64,000 nt of DNA from an uncultured Pseudomonadota bacterium (lineage in GTDB: Bacteria > Oederibacteriota > Muellerivitia > Muellerivitales > Muellerivitaceae), in assembly GCA_963770835.1 (NCBI GenBank), contig CAVYRH010000026.1, positions 128,001-192,000 of the forward strand. Direction: 5' to 3'. Positions 1 through 8,844 of the stretch are shown piece by piece. Position 1 is the first letter of the stretch, and the number at the start of each line of letters is the position of its first letter. Position numbers and translations under genes: made by a program. The notes below the pieces were generated by a model. That model had not been told where the DNA came from. It saw only the letters and a program-made list of their open reading frames with translations, and searched no databases.

Positions 1-1
1 C

Positions 2-631
2 ACAGCGACTTCCACCGCAACACCGAAAACCGCCACTGCGACGCCCACTCCGATGGCCTTTTTCACCTCCACGCTTTTCTCGGGGAACGTAAGGCTTTAC
101 GACCGGATGGGAGTCCCGGGCGATTTGCAAAAAGCCATTGCCGCTGCGGCAAAGACCACGGGTTCCTCCGTGGCGAAACACGACCGGTCCGTTTTCTTGT
201 GGTTAGGCAAGGTTACTTCCGGCAGCGACAGTGACCGCGCAAACGCCTATATCCGTTTCAGCCTGGATGGAGTCGCGTTCGATGGGCCGAAGAAACCGTC
301 GTTGGTCCTGACCGGCACGGTTTACGACCAATCGGGGAACGTCTGCAAGGCGGGGGATTTCGTCGAAGTGGCAGTGGATTTCCGGAGCATCAAAGTGGAT
401 TACGAGGGGACCAAGCTGGGGGAGGTCAACAAGGGGAACGACATCGCCGACCAGGTTTTCGACATCCTCAATGGACACTCCTCCTACCAATGGGTCTTAA
501 TCGCCCAAGATCAGGTCCGGGACCCCCAGGAATCCATGGGCATGCCGACCTTTGTGGTCAAAGCCCAGGATGGTTACGCTTTCCTCCAAGCCCTGGATAG
601 CCATTCCCATTCCAGCGCCTCCGATCGCTGA
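2..631 (+). CDS. 5'-truncated hypothetical protein with Thr/Pro-rich linker
   Basis: The frame is open from the window edge (TATSTATPKTATATPTP-M...), so the ATG at 53 is probably internal; stop TGA at 629-631. Confidence 0.7.
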   Translation, partial: TATSTATPKTATATPTPMAFFTSTLFSGNVRLYDRMGVPGDLQKAIAAAAKTTGSSVAKHDRSVFLWLGKVTSGSDSDRANAYIRFSLDGVAFDGPKKPSLVLTGTVYDQSGNVCKAGDFVEVAVDFRSIKVDYEGTKLGEVNKGNDIADQVFDILNGHSSYQWVLIAQDQVRDPQESMGMPTFVVKAQDGYAFLQALDSHSHSSASDR

Positions 632-638
632 GGCGGGC

Positions 639-2150
639 ATGAAAACAAAATTCGGAAAATTCCTCAGCCGGTGGCTGGCCTTAGCACTTTTGGCTTGCCC
701 CGGATGGGCCTCCGCCCTGGGGCTTCCTTTTGCCTCGCCCCCTTTGGTCATCGAAGCCAAGGGAATGGGTAACGCGGTGGTCGCGGATGGCACTCTCTTT
801 AACGCCACCGCTTACAACCCCGCCCTCCTTCAAAATTACAGCGATTTCGGCGAAGTGCACCTGGAACTTAATCTGGGCAACGACGTCTTCGGAATGGCTA
901 ATTATCTGACTAATTCCGATAACACCAATAACCTCCAGAATTCCTTACAGAACGTGAACCAGTCCTTTCAAGATATCAACAACGGCTTAACTGCCTTCGC
1001 CAACGGTAACTCAAGTGGGGTCACAACCTTTAACCAGGGCGTCACCGGACTTCAAACCGCCGTCAACAACATCCAAACGGCCATATCTCACTTCACCGAC
1101 AAGACTATCCAGTTGGGAGCGGGCCTTGATATCGCCTTCAAAATTGACGACAACTGGGGTTTCCAGGCCTACAACACCAGCCAGGCGGCTTTCCAGGTTT
1201 CCCGTGGAAGCCTAGTCCAAGCCCTCCTGGCCCTTCAAACTCTTCCCACACTACAAACCAACTCCAATCAGGCGGTGACGCAAGCGGCGGTCTCCCTTTA
1301 TGGGAACGCCCAGTCGATTTTCAACGCCTTCCTGACCCCCACCCAACAGCAACAGTTGAGTACGGCTGTCTCGACTTTAAAGTCTTCAAATGGAGACAAC
1401 GCGGCCCTATTGGCTTTCGCCAATAGCGTTAACAGTGTCCTATCCAGCGTATCCTCCCAACTCTCGCAACAGGCCCTTTTCAACGACATCGCCCCCATTA
1501 CGGCCTTCGTTTACTCCGACACGGTATTGATGGCCACCTATTGCACGAGACCCTTGGAGAGCGACGGAAACCTTACGACTGGGATCAACCTCAAGGCCGT
1601 CAACCGGCGCATCGCCTCCATCAATTCGATCTACCTGGCCGCCCAAAATACGAGCCAGTTCTCGGATATCGGAAACGACCTCAAGAACGACATTCAGCAA
1701 TCCACTTGGCGTTGGGGTGTGGACTTGGGGGTCTTGTATAACTTTGACGATCCAAGGATAGCGGTGGGGGCCTGTGCCACCGACCTGCTACATTCCACGG
1801 CCACGCTCAAAACCCAGTCCAACGACCCGCTTTATGGGCTGGTGACGGACTCGGCACCGACGGTGGTGCGGGTGGGGGCTTCCTATAAACCCCTCAAGGA
1901 ATTGACTGTCAACGCAGACATCGACGACCTCTTAGGCAACACCTCTTATTACCAGGGCCTGGATGCCTTCTCTCACGTGGATTTCGGGTTCAACTATAAC
2001 CTCGGGGGGATTCTTCAACTGCGGGGAGGTATCACCAACGACAACCTCTGTGGCGGAGTGGGGCTTCCCTTGGGCATCCAGTATGCCTTTGCCGTGGACA
2101 ACCTCACCCAAAGCTACAACCATTACTTGCAGTTCGACGTGGCTTTCTAG
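639..2150 (+). CDS. Outer-membrane beta-barrel protein, TraF_2/FadL/PorV-like
   Basis: ATG at 639, 7 nt after the upstream stop; signal peptide; N-terminal AKGMGNAVVA...AYNPALL motif; alternating beta-strands; C-terminal Phe (YLQFDVAF). Confidence 0.65.
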   Translation: MKTKFGKFLSRWLALALLACPGWASALGLPFASPPLVIEAKGMGNAVVADGTLFNATAYNPALLQNYSDFGEVHLELNLGNDVFGMANYLTNSDNTNNLQNSLQNVNQSFQDINNGLTAFANGNSSGVTTFNQGVTGLQTAVNNIQTAISHFTDKTIQLGAGLDIAFKIDDNWGFQAYNTSQAAFQVSRGSLVQALLALQTLPTLQTNSNQAVTQAAVSLYGNAQSIFNAFLTPTQQQQLSTAVSTLKSSNGDNAALLAFANSVNSVLSSVSSQLSQQALFNDIAPITAFVYSDTVLMATYCTRPLESDGNLTTGINLKAVNRRIASINSIYLAAQNTSQFSDIGNDLKNDIQQSTWRWGVDLGVLYNFDDPRIAVGACATDLLHSTATLKTQSNDPLYGLVTDSAPTVVRVGASYKPLKELTVNADIDDLLGNTSYYQGLDAFSHVDFGFNYNLGGILQLRGGITNDNLCGGVGLPLGIQYAFAVDNLTQSYNHYLQFDVAF

Positions 2151-2184
2151 ACCGTCCTAGTTCTGGAAAATTTCGGATTTCATC

Positions 2185-2211
2185 AAAGCCCGGCTAAAAG
2201 CCGGGTTTTTT
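2185..2211 (+). terminator. Rho-independent terminator
   Basis: aaagcccggct-aaa-agccgggtttttt hairpin plus T-run after the barrel gene. Confidence 0.8.
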
Positions 2212-2355
2212 GTTTCTTGAAAGAGGTTTTGTTTCCGAATAAACTACGTCCCCCGCAAAAGACCTTGGACATTTACCCGTTGGATCTTTGCCCCAAGGGT
2301 GGAATGCCAAGTCTGTTTTTAGATCAGGCCCCTGGCCCGATTGTTTATTGATTTT

Positions 2356-2432
2356 GGACATTTAGCTCAGCTGGTTAGAGCGTCGCGTTCACATCGCGAA
2401 GGTCACTGGTTCAAATCCAGTAATGTCCACCA
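2356..2432 (+). tRNA. tRNA-Val(CAC)
   Basis: Acceptor GGACATT/AATGTCC, D arm GCTC/GAGC, anticodon stem TCGCG/CGCGA with loop TT-CAC-AT, T arm ACTGG-TTCAAAT-CCAGT, encoded CCA. Confidence 0.97.
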
Positions 2433-2437
2433 ACCGC

Positions 2438-2472
2438 AAAAGCCCGTCCCCTTTTGGGTGACGGGCTTTTTT
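2438..2472 (+). terminator. Terminator after tRNA
   Basis: aaaagcccgtc...gacgggctttttt hairpin plus T-run. Confidence 0.8.
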
Positions 2473-2541
2473 ATGCAAAGCCAATGAAAATTCCATGATT
2501 CATCTCATTGTCCAAGGTTAACCCTTTGTTACAATATCCGC

Positions 2542-3231
2542 ATGTGCTCTCGCTTCGTCCTCAAAAGCCCGCCGAAAGCCATCGCCAACATGTTCAAGTT
2601 GGAAAAAGCCGTCGATTGGAAGCCCCGATACAACGTGGCGCCGTCCCAGAAAATCCCCACTATCATCCGCCCCCTCGGGAATAAGACCCGCGAAATGAAG
2701 CTGTTGCAGTGGGGGTTCGTGGCTTCCTGGACCCAGGGGGGAAGGCTTTTAGTGAACGTCCAAAGCGAGAACATCGGCGATAAGCCGATCCTTCAGGAGT
2801 CCTTCGAGAAGTGGCGGTGCCTCATCCCCGTGGACGGCTTTTACGAGTGGCGGCACCAGGCCAAGGAAACCCATCCCTATTACATCCAAATGAAGGACAA
2901 AAAAACTTTCGCCCTGGCGGGGCTTTGGGCCCCGCAAAAGCTGGAGAACCAGACGCTGGAAGTCTGCGCCATCCTGACCACGACCCCCAATGAGGTGGTA
3001 CGCGTGGTGCACGACCGGATGCCGGTGATCGTGGACCCAAAGTATTATGACCTATGGCTGAACTCGGACGACGTCCGGGATTTCAAGGAGATCGAAAAGC
3101 TCTTCCGCCCCTATCCGGGGGAAGAAATGGAAGCCTACCAGGTTGGCGCCTGGGTGAACAACGTCATCCACGACGACGGGAAGTGCATCGAGCCTTCCAA
3201 CGAACCAGAGACGCTGGCCTTCGAGTTCTAA
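2542..3231 (+). CDS. SOS response-associated peptidase (SRAP, YedK/HMCES family)
   Basis: N-terminal MCSRF (Cys2), RYNVAPSQ, RCLIPVDGFYEW, HDRMPVI. Confidence 0.92.
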   Translation: MCSRFVLKSPPKAIANMFKLEKAVDWKPRYNVAPSQKIPTIIRPLGNKTREMKLLQWGFVASWTQGGRLLVNVQSENIGDKPILQESFEKWRCLIPVDGFYEWRHQAKETHPYYIQMKDKKTFALAGLWAPQKLENQTLEVCAILTTTPNEVVRVVHDRMPVIVDPKYYDLWLNSDDVRDFKEIEKLFRPYPGEEMEAYQVGAWVNNVIHDDGKCIEPSNEPETLAFEF

Positions 3232-3247
3232 CCTAAAACCTCTATTG

Positions 3248-3353
3248 AACCACCAAGGCACCAAGGGCACCAAGAACAACGAATGACAAAGAAGTGGACC
3301 CCCAAAGCAAAATTCTCTTTTGCTTTCCTTGGTGTCTATGTGTCTTCGCGGTT
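3248..3353. repeat. Inverted array of 8-9-nt tandem units
   Basis: aaccaccaaggcaccaagggcaccaag ... cttggtgtctatgtgtcttcgcggtt with an inner aaagcaaaa/ttttgcttt hairpin, between convergent genes. Confidence 0.7.
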
Positions 3354-3364
3354 AAGCATTTTTG

Positions 3365-3844
3365 TTAAAAGTTCCTAAGTTCTTTTCCGCCGCGGAAAAC
3401 CGCCGAGCTGTCCGGTGTTTCCCAAAGCGCCACTTCCACCTGCCGCACCTTTTCCTTTTTTAAAAAGGGCTCCAAGCGTTTCCAGATCACCTGGGCCATG
3501 TTCTCGGCAGTGGGCTGGAAGAAGGGGTCGCCCTTGAACGGTTCCACTTCCTTGTTGATGAAGCGGTGGTCGAAGCGGGCGTAAACTTCCCTCTTTAAAA
3601 TCTCCTTTAACACCCGGAAGTCCATGACGAAGCCCGTGACGGGGTCGACGGGGCCTTGGACGGTGACTTTCAACCGGTAGGAATGGCCATGGGGGTAAAA
3701 AACGGCCTTGGGATCATCCTTCCGATACCCCGCGCATTTGCGGAACACCTCCAGGTTCTTGGCCCGGTCCCACTTGGGGTTGTGCAGGTAATGCGCCGCC
3801 TCAAAGGTGATCTCTTTTGAGATTTCGGCGATGGTCTTTTTCAT
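3365..3844 (-). CDS. 6-pyruvoyl-tetrahydropterin synthase / QueD family protein
   Basis: FEAAHYL, HGHSY, GFVMDF, FDHRFIN, TAENMA, LWET; the ATG at 3844 overlaps the nadE stop (ATGA). Confidence 0.88.
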   Translation of the reverse strand: MKKTIAEISKEITFEAAHYLHNPKWDRAKNLEVFRKCAGYRKDDPKAVFYPHGHSYRLKVTVQGPVDPVTGFVMDFRVLKEILKREVYARFDHRFINKEVEPFKGDPFFQPTAENMAQVIWKRLEPFLKKEKVRQVEVALWETPDSSAVFRGGKELRNF

Positions 3845-5484
3845 GCATCTTCCTTGAATTTTTGCGCGATGGGCACCCGTCGGCCCATGCCGAAGGCCTT
3901 GGTGGTGACCTTCAGGCCCGGCGCCATCTGGCGGCGCTTGTACTCGTTGCGGTTGATCTTTCCCAGTACTTCCTCGACCAACTTGGCGTCGAAGCCGGCC
4001 TTTACGATCTTGAAGGGCGGCTGGTTCTCCTCGATATAAAGGCGGAGGATGGCGTCCAAGGTTTCGTATGGGGGGAGGCTGTCCTGGTCGGTCTGGTTGG
4101 GCCTCAGTTCCGCCGAGGGCGGTTTGGCGAAGACCGCCTCGGGGATAAGGTGTTCCTTGCGGTTCACGTGCAGGGACAGCCGATACACCATCCCCTTGGG
4201 TACGTCCGAAATCACCGCCAACCCGCCGCACATGTCCCCGTAAAGGGTGCAATAGCCCACCGCCAGTTCGCTCTTGTTGCCGGTGGAGAGCACCAATCGG
4301 TTGAACTTATTGGAAAGAGCCATGAGGATCAGCCCTCGCAGGCGGGCCTGGATGTTTTCTTCCGTCGCGTCCTTCGGCAAGTCCTTAAAAACCGGCTTAA
4401 GGGTCCCCAGTGACTCCTCCAATAACGGCGTAATGGGGACTTCCTTAAACTCCATGCCCAAAGTTTGGGCCAACTGGCGGGAATCCTCAATGGAACCCTT
4501 CGAGGAAAAGGGCGAGGGCATGGTGACCCCCATGACGTTTTCGGGCCCCAGGGCCTGGCAGGCGATGGCCGCCACCAGGGAGGAATCGATCCCACCGGAG
4601 AGGCCGATCAGGACCTTCTCAAACCCGCATTTATGGACGTAATCCCGGGTACCCAAGACCAAAGCCCGGTAAATGTTATCGATCTCAACCGCCGGGGGCA
4701 CAGCGGGCTGCAGCGACGGGTTTTCCGTGTCGTAGACGAAGAAGTCCTCCTCGAAAGCCTTTCCCAACCGGAAAAGGTTGCCGGCCGCGTCCATCACCAT
4801 GCTGCAGCCGTCGAAGACCAGCTCATCGTTGCCGCCCACCAGGTTGCAGTAAAGCACCGGAGCCTTGGTTTTCTTGCTTACGTCCTTGAGCAGCGTCTGG
4901 CGCACGGAGAGTTTGGCGTAATGGAAAGGGGAGGCCGAAAGATTCAAAACCAGGTCGGGCCTGGCCTTGGCCAATTCCTCCACCGGGTCCTTAGCATAAA
5001 GCCGGTGGGTAAAGACACCCTCGACGTTCCAGATGTCCTCGCAAATGGTGACGGCGATCTTTAATCCCTTATAAGAGAAGGGCGGCTCGGGCTTGGAAGC
5101 CGGGGCGAAATAGCGGGCCTCGTCGAAAACGTCGTAGTTGGGCAAGAGAACTTTTTTATAAACATACAGGATGGCGCCATCGGCCACCGCCACAGCGGCA
5201 TTGAAAAGGGGGTTCCCCGGGTCCTTGTTCTCCTGGATAGTGCCCACCACGGCCAGGATGCCTTGGGCCGCCTGGGCCACTTTCTCCAAGGCCTTCCGGG
5301 ACTTTTCGAAAAACGAGAAGCGGTCCAAAAGGTCCCGGGGAGGGTATCCGGTGATGGTCAATTCGGGGAAAAGGGCCAGCCCGCAGCCGGCCTTCCGGGC
5401 CTTTTCCAGGTATAGGCTTATTTTTTCGACGTTGCCGTCGAAGTCGCCCACGGTTGTGTTGATCTGGCAAACGGCGATTTTCAT
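3841..5484 (-). CDS. nadE: Glutamine-dependent NAD+ synthetase
   Basis: Nitrilase-like domain (FPEL, KVLLPNYDVFDE, TICED) plus synthetase domain (GLSGGIDS, ENIQARLRG, TGNKSE, PSAEL). Confidence 0.97.
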   Translation of the reverse strand: MKIAVCQINTTVGDFDGNVEKISLYLEKARKAGCGLALFPELTITGYPPRDLLDRFSFFEKSRKALEKVAQAAQGILAVVGTIQENKDPGNPLFNAAVAVADGAILYVYKKVLLPNYDVFDEARYFAPASKPEPPFSYKGLKIAVTICEDIWNVEGVFTHRLYAKDPVEELAKARPDLVLNLSASPFHYAKLSVRQTLLKDVSKKTKAPVLYCNLVGGNDELVFDGCSMVMDAAGNLFRLGKAFEEDFFVYDTENPSLQPAVPPAVEIDNIYRALVLGTRDYVHKCGFEKVLIGLSGGIDSSLVAAIACQALGPENVMGVTMPSPFSSKGSIEDSRQLAQTLGMEFKEVPITPLLEESLGTLKPVFKDLPKDATEENIQARLRGLILMALSNKFNRLVLSTGNKSELAVGYCTLYGDMCGGLAVISDVPKGMVYRLSLHVNRKEHLIPEAVFAKPPSAELRPNQTDQDSLPPYETLDAILRLYIEENQPPFKIVKAGFDAKLVEEVLGKINRNEYKRRQMAPGLKVTTKAFGMGRRVPIAQKFKEDA

Positions 5485-5497
5485 CTAAAACCTTTTG

Positions 5498-5580
5498 AAC
5501 CGCGGAGTACACGGAGAACACAGGGTAAAACAACTTTCAATCTTTTGTTTTACCCTGTGAACCCTGTGTCCCCTGTGGCT
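5498..5580. repeat. Inverted array of 9-nt tandem units
   Basis: aaccgcggag-tacacggag-aacacaggg-taaaaca ... tgtttta-ccctgtga-accctgtgt-cccctgtggct immediately upstream of nadE. Confidence 0.75.
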
Positions 5581-5647
5581 AAGATGTTTTTTATTTGAGC
5601 GCTTAGTGTAAGGTGAACGCCGTGTTAAGTCAAAAAGAGGAGCATCC

Positions 5648-6160
5648 TTGATTTTCGGGGTTTTGGCGGACACCCACGGCGTCCTGACGGCGGCCCAAGA
5701 GGCGGTTTTGAAAAAAGCCTTCAAGGGCGTGGACTATATCCTTCACGCGGGGCCCGTGGGGGACTTGCGGGTGCTGGAGCAACTATCCAAGATCGCGCCC
5801 ACGCGGGGGGTCTGCGGCAACGCGGAAAATTCCATCATCCGGTCCGAGCTTTACGTGCGGCAGGCCTGGCGGGCGGGCGTCGTCACCCTGGGGCTCGTCC
5901 ACGGCTACGGCAAGCCCCACGGCCTGAAAGCCTGGCTCATGAAGCAGTTTGAGGAAGACCCGGTGCAGGTCATCGTCTATGGCCGGAACTTCGAGCCCAC
6001 GGCCCGTCAAATCGGCGGCGTTTATTTTTTCAGCCCCGGCTCCTTTTCCGGCAACCTACCCGAAGGCCAGCATGGCAAAAAAGGCCCGGCCCGCGTAGGA
6101 TTGTTGTTTATCCACGGAAAAAAAGTGGACGGGCAGGCCGGCCTACCGGCCAGCCACTAA
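5648..6160 (+). CDS. YfcE/Vps29-like metallophosphoesterase-fold protein, degenerate
   Basis: LADTHG, HAG, GN, HG and SPGS motifs in order; several metal ligands are substituted. Confidence 0.75.
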   Translation: MIFGVLADTHGVLTAAQEAVLKKAFKGVDYILHAGPVGDLRVLEQLSKIAPTRGVCGNAENSIIRSELYVRQAWRAGVVTLGLVHGYGKPHGLKAWLMKQFEEDPVQVIVYGRNFEPTARQIGGVYFFSPGSFSGNLPEGQHGKKGPARVGLLFIHGKKVDGQAGLPASH

Positions 6161-6184
6161 TTCAAGGCATCCGATTGGATCATT

Positions 6185-6871
6185 ATGAATTGGCGCTTGA
6201 TACCTTCCACCTGCTTGCCGAGCCCCGGCCAAATGGCCTATGACGCCGAACTTTTCAAGGGCTTCCAAGCGGGCCAGCCGCCCATCCTCCGGTTCTTTTT
6301 CTTTGAGCAACCAACCCTGACCCTTGGAAGATTGGAGGCCCGCAGACTGAATTTGGAGACCCTGCCTTACCCCCACCAAATCCGTCCCACCGGCGGCCGG
6401 GCGGTTTTGCACGGCGGGGGGGACCTCTGTTATTCCATCGTGGCCGCCACCGATGACCCCCTGGTGGGAGGCGCCCTTTTGGAAAGCTACCGCAAGGTCA
6501 GCGGGGTCCTGGCCTACGCCCTTCGCGGACTCGACCGGGAAGTCAGGCTTTCCGACGAAAAACACCCAGGTCTTGAAGCCGGCCATTGTTTTTCCGCGCC
6601 GTCCTTCGCCGAACTCACGCTTCACGGGAAAAAAGTGGCAGGAGGGGCCCAGGCCCGGGAAGGCGGGATTTTCCTGCAACAAGGGGTTATTCTTCTGTCC
6701 GTGGCCGAGGGTTGGAAATCCCTGTTTTCGAATGAGGCCGCTGGGGTCATGGCGGGCTTGAACGATGACAAAACCCTCCCCGCGGTAAGCCGGCTGGACG
6801 TGGAGCGGGCCGTGACGGGGGCCTTTGAGGAAACGGGCGTTGTTTTTGAGAAACATTTTGCGCCAGTATGA
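6185..6871 (+). CDS. Lipoate-protein ligase / octanoyltransferase (LipM/LplA-like)
   Basis: MAYD, RPTGGRAVLH, CFSAPS, GKKVAGGAQ; directly upstream of lpdA. Confidence 0.85.
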   Translation: MNWRLIPSTCLPSPGQMAYDAELFKGFQAGQPPILRFFFFEQPTLTLGRLEARRLNLETLPYPHQIRPTGGRAVLHGGGDLCYSIVAATDDPLVGGALLESYRKVSGVLAYALRGLDREVRLSDEKHPGLEAGHCFSAPSFAELTLHGKKVAGGAQAREGGIFLQQGVILLSVAEGWKSLFSNEAAGVMAGLNDDKTLPAVSRLDVERAVTGAFEETGVVFEKHFAPV

Positions 6872-6952
6872 TTTTCCTTAGGCCAGGGACGACGCTCACT
6901 GGATACAATCGAGCGTCTTCCAAACTATTGTTTTTTTAGAAAGGCTTTTCCC

Positions 6953-8236
6953 GTGAAAAAATTCGATGCCCTCGTCGTGGGCGGCGGGCCGGGCGGCTAT
7001 ACGGCGGCCCTGATGCTTTCCCAGCAGGGAAAGACCGTCGCGCTTTTTGAGAAAAGAAAAATCGGCGGCTCTTGCCTGCATGTGGGCTGCATTCCCACCA
7101 AGCTTTTGCAATCCGCCGCCCACCGCTATTACACGCTTTCCAAGGAAGGCGCGGCCTGGGGCATCGAGGCCGACAACATCCGGTTCAATTTCCAGACCTT
7201 GGTGGACCGCACCCAAAAGACCATTTCGATCCTCGAACGGGGCATCGTGGCCCAGCTTTCCGCCGCCAAGGTGGAAGTGGTGCAGGGCGAGGCCCAAGTC
7301 AAGGGCAAGGACTTGGTGCAATGCAACGGCGGGGAATACCAGGGCAGATCCCTCATCCTGGCCATGGGCTCGAGGCCGCGGCGCCTTCCGGCCTTCCCGG
7401 TGGGGGGCAACGTCGTCACCAGCGACGAACTCCTGGGCCAACCCCAATTTCCCAAGTCCCTTTTGATCGTGGGCGCGGGCGTCATCGGCCTGGAATTCGC
7501 CTGCCTTTACGCGCAGCTGGGGGTGAAAGTGCGGATAGGCGACGTCCTGCCCAAGCTCCTTCCCAATATGGATGAGGAAATGGGGCAGGTGATCCTGAAC
7601 TCGGTGCGCAAACTGGGCGTGGAAGTGGAGCTGGGCCTCCTGGAAGTGGCGCACAAGAATGAGGAGTTGATCCTGGTTTCCGCCGGACGCATGGCCAATT
7701 CCGACAACTCCGGCGTGGGTAACCTGGGCTTGAGGGCGCCGGGGGGCAAGATCGAAACCAACGGCTTCCTGGAAACATCGGTGCCGGGCGTTTTCGCCAT
7801 CGGCGACCTGACGGGGAAATATCCCTACGCCCACACGGCTTATGAGCACGCCCGAATCGTGGCGGCGCGTTTGGCGGGCGGGAAAGAGGAAATGGACGAC
7901 GCCAAGGTGCCCCACGTGGTCTTTACCTCGCCGGAGATCGCCTCAGTGGGTTATACCGAAACCGAAGCCAAGATGCGGTTTAAGAACGCGAAAGCCTTGA
8001 AGCACAACTTCGCGGCCAACAGCAAGGCCCGCATCCTTGGGGAAATCGGCGGATGGTCCAAGACGGTTTATGACGGCGACACGGGCGTCATTTTAGGCGT
8101 CCACGTGACCGGCCCGGAGGCCACCGACCTGATCGGTGAGGCATGCGTTCTCGTGAGCCAAAAGATCACCCTTGATGCCCTGGACAAAGTGGTCCATCCC
8201 CACCCTACCTTGAATGAGATATTCGGTACTCATTGA
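6953..8236 (+). CDS. lpdA: Dihydrolipoyl dehydrogenase
   Basis: GGGPGG, GGSCLHVGCIP redox disulfide, GAGVIGLE, AIGD, HPHPTLNE. Confidence 0.9.
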   Translation: MKKFDALVVGGGPGGYTAALMLSQQGKTVALFEKRKIGGSCLHVGCIPTKLLQSAAHRYYTLSKEGAAWGIEADNIRFNFQTLVDRTQKTISILERGIVAQLSAAKVEVVQGEAQVKGKDLVQCNGGEYQGRSLILAMGSRPRRLPAFPVGGNVVTSDELLGQPQFPKSLLIVGAGVIGLEFACLYAQLGVKVRIGDVLPKLLPNMDEEMGQVILNSVRKLGVEVELGLLEVAHKNEELILVSAGRMANSDNSGVGNLGLRAPGGKIETNGFLETSVPGVFAIGDLTGKYPYAHTAYEHARIVAARLAGGKEEMDDAKVPHVVFTSPEIASVGYTETEAKMRFKNAKALKHNFAANSKARILGEIGGWSKTVYDGDTGVILGVHVTGPEATDLIGEACVLVSQKITLDALDKVVHPHPTLNEIFGTH

Positions 8237-8450
8237 AGGTGGGGATGGAGGGGGCATGGGGGGGTTACCCCCATGGTTTTGGAAGGGTACACAGGGGAGC
8301 TTCCCTGTGAGCGCGAAGCGCCCATCCTCATCCAACTTTAAATGAGATATTCGGAACACATTAAGGATGTGAGTGAACGGGGAGTGGGGCGCAGCCCCAC
8401 TGATTCGAGACGGGGTATCATTAGGGGGACTTTCCCCTATGAGCGAAGCT
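8195..8450 (+). repeat. Two diverged ~128-bp direct units: lpdA 3' end plus two-hairpin element
   Basis: 8195-8236 and 8323-8364 both encode HPHPTLNEIFGTH*; each is followed by two G/C hairpins and gagc(gc)gaagc. Confidence 0.85.
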
Positions 8451-8457
8451 GGAGGCT

Positions 8458-8844
8458 CTAGGTCCGGTTTTTCTGGACCGAATCCAACAAATCCTTTTGC
8501 CGGGGGGTAAGGGAGGACCAGTGCCTTTGCAGATATCCGGCGTTCTCCACGATTTGATGGAGGTAGAACTGGATGCCGGCTTGTTCATTGTTGATACGTT
8601 CCTGGAAGACCTGTATTTCATCCGAAGAGAGCTGCCCCGCGGGCATGGCCGCCAAATTTTGCTGAAGGCGGGATAGGTCGACCTGAAGGAAATCCAAATC
8701 CGATTCGGCTTTTTGAAGGTGAGCCGCACGCGAAGGAATGTCCCCTTGAAGCCCGCCCTTTTTCACGTGATAGGCTGCTCCCGCGCTTCCAACGAGGAGT
8801 CCGGCACCAATCAAAGCTAAAATGAATTTATTGGGTAGGTTCAT
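8458..8844 (-). CDS. Hypothetical secreted helical protein
   Basis: Signal peptide-like N-terminus (MNLPNKFILALIGAGLLVGSAGA) and a coiled-coil-like body; start could be 8868. Confidence 0.6.
   Translation of the reverse strand: MNLPNKFILALIGAGLLVGSAGAAYHVKKGGLQGDIPSRAAHLQKAESDLDFLQVDLSRLQQNLAAMPAGQLSSDEIQVFQERINNEQAGIQFYLHQIVENAGYLQRHWSSLTPRQKDLLDSVQKNRT

Noticed and set aside
639..2150. Conjugative element suggested by the TraF-like barrel next to a tRNA
   Set aside because: No relaxase, VirB4, coupling protein or integrase; this barrel family commonly occurs outside conjugation loci.
2356..2432. tRNA-Val as an island attachment site
   Set aside because: I saw no duplicate of the tRNA 3' end in the window and no integrase; housekeeping genes follow.
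5485..5724. 79-aa ORF containing HRGHRVHRV
   Set aside because: It is the translation of the 9-mer repeat and the antisense of the neighbouring gene.
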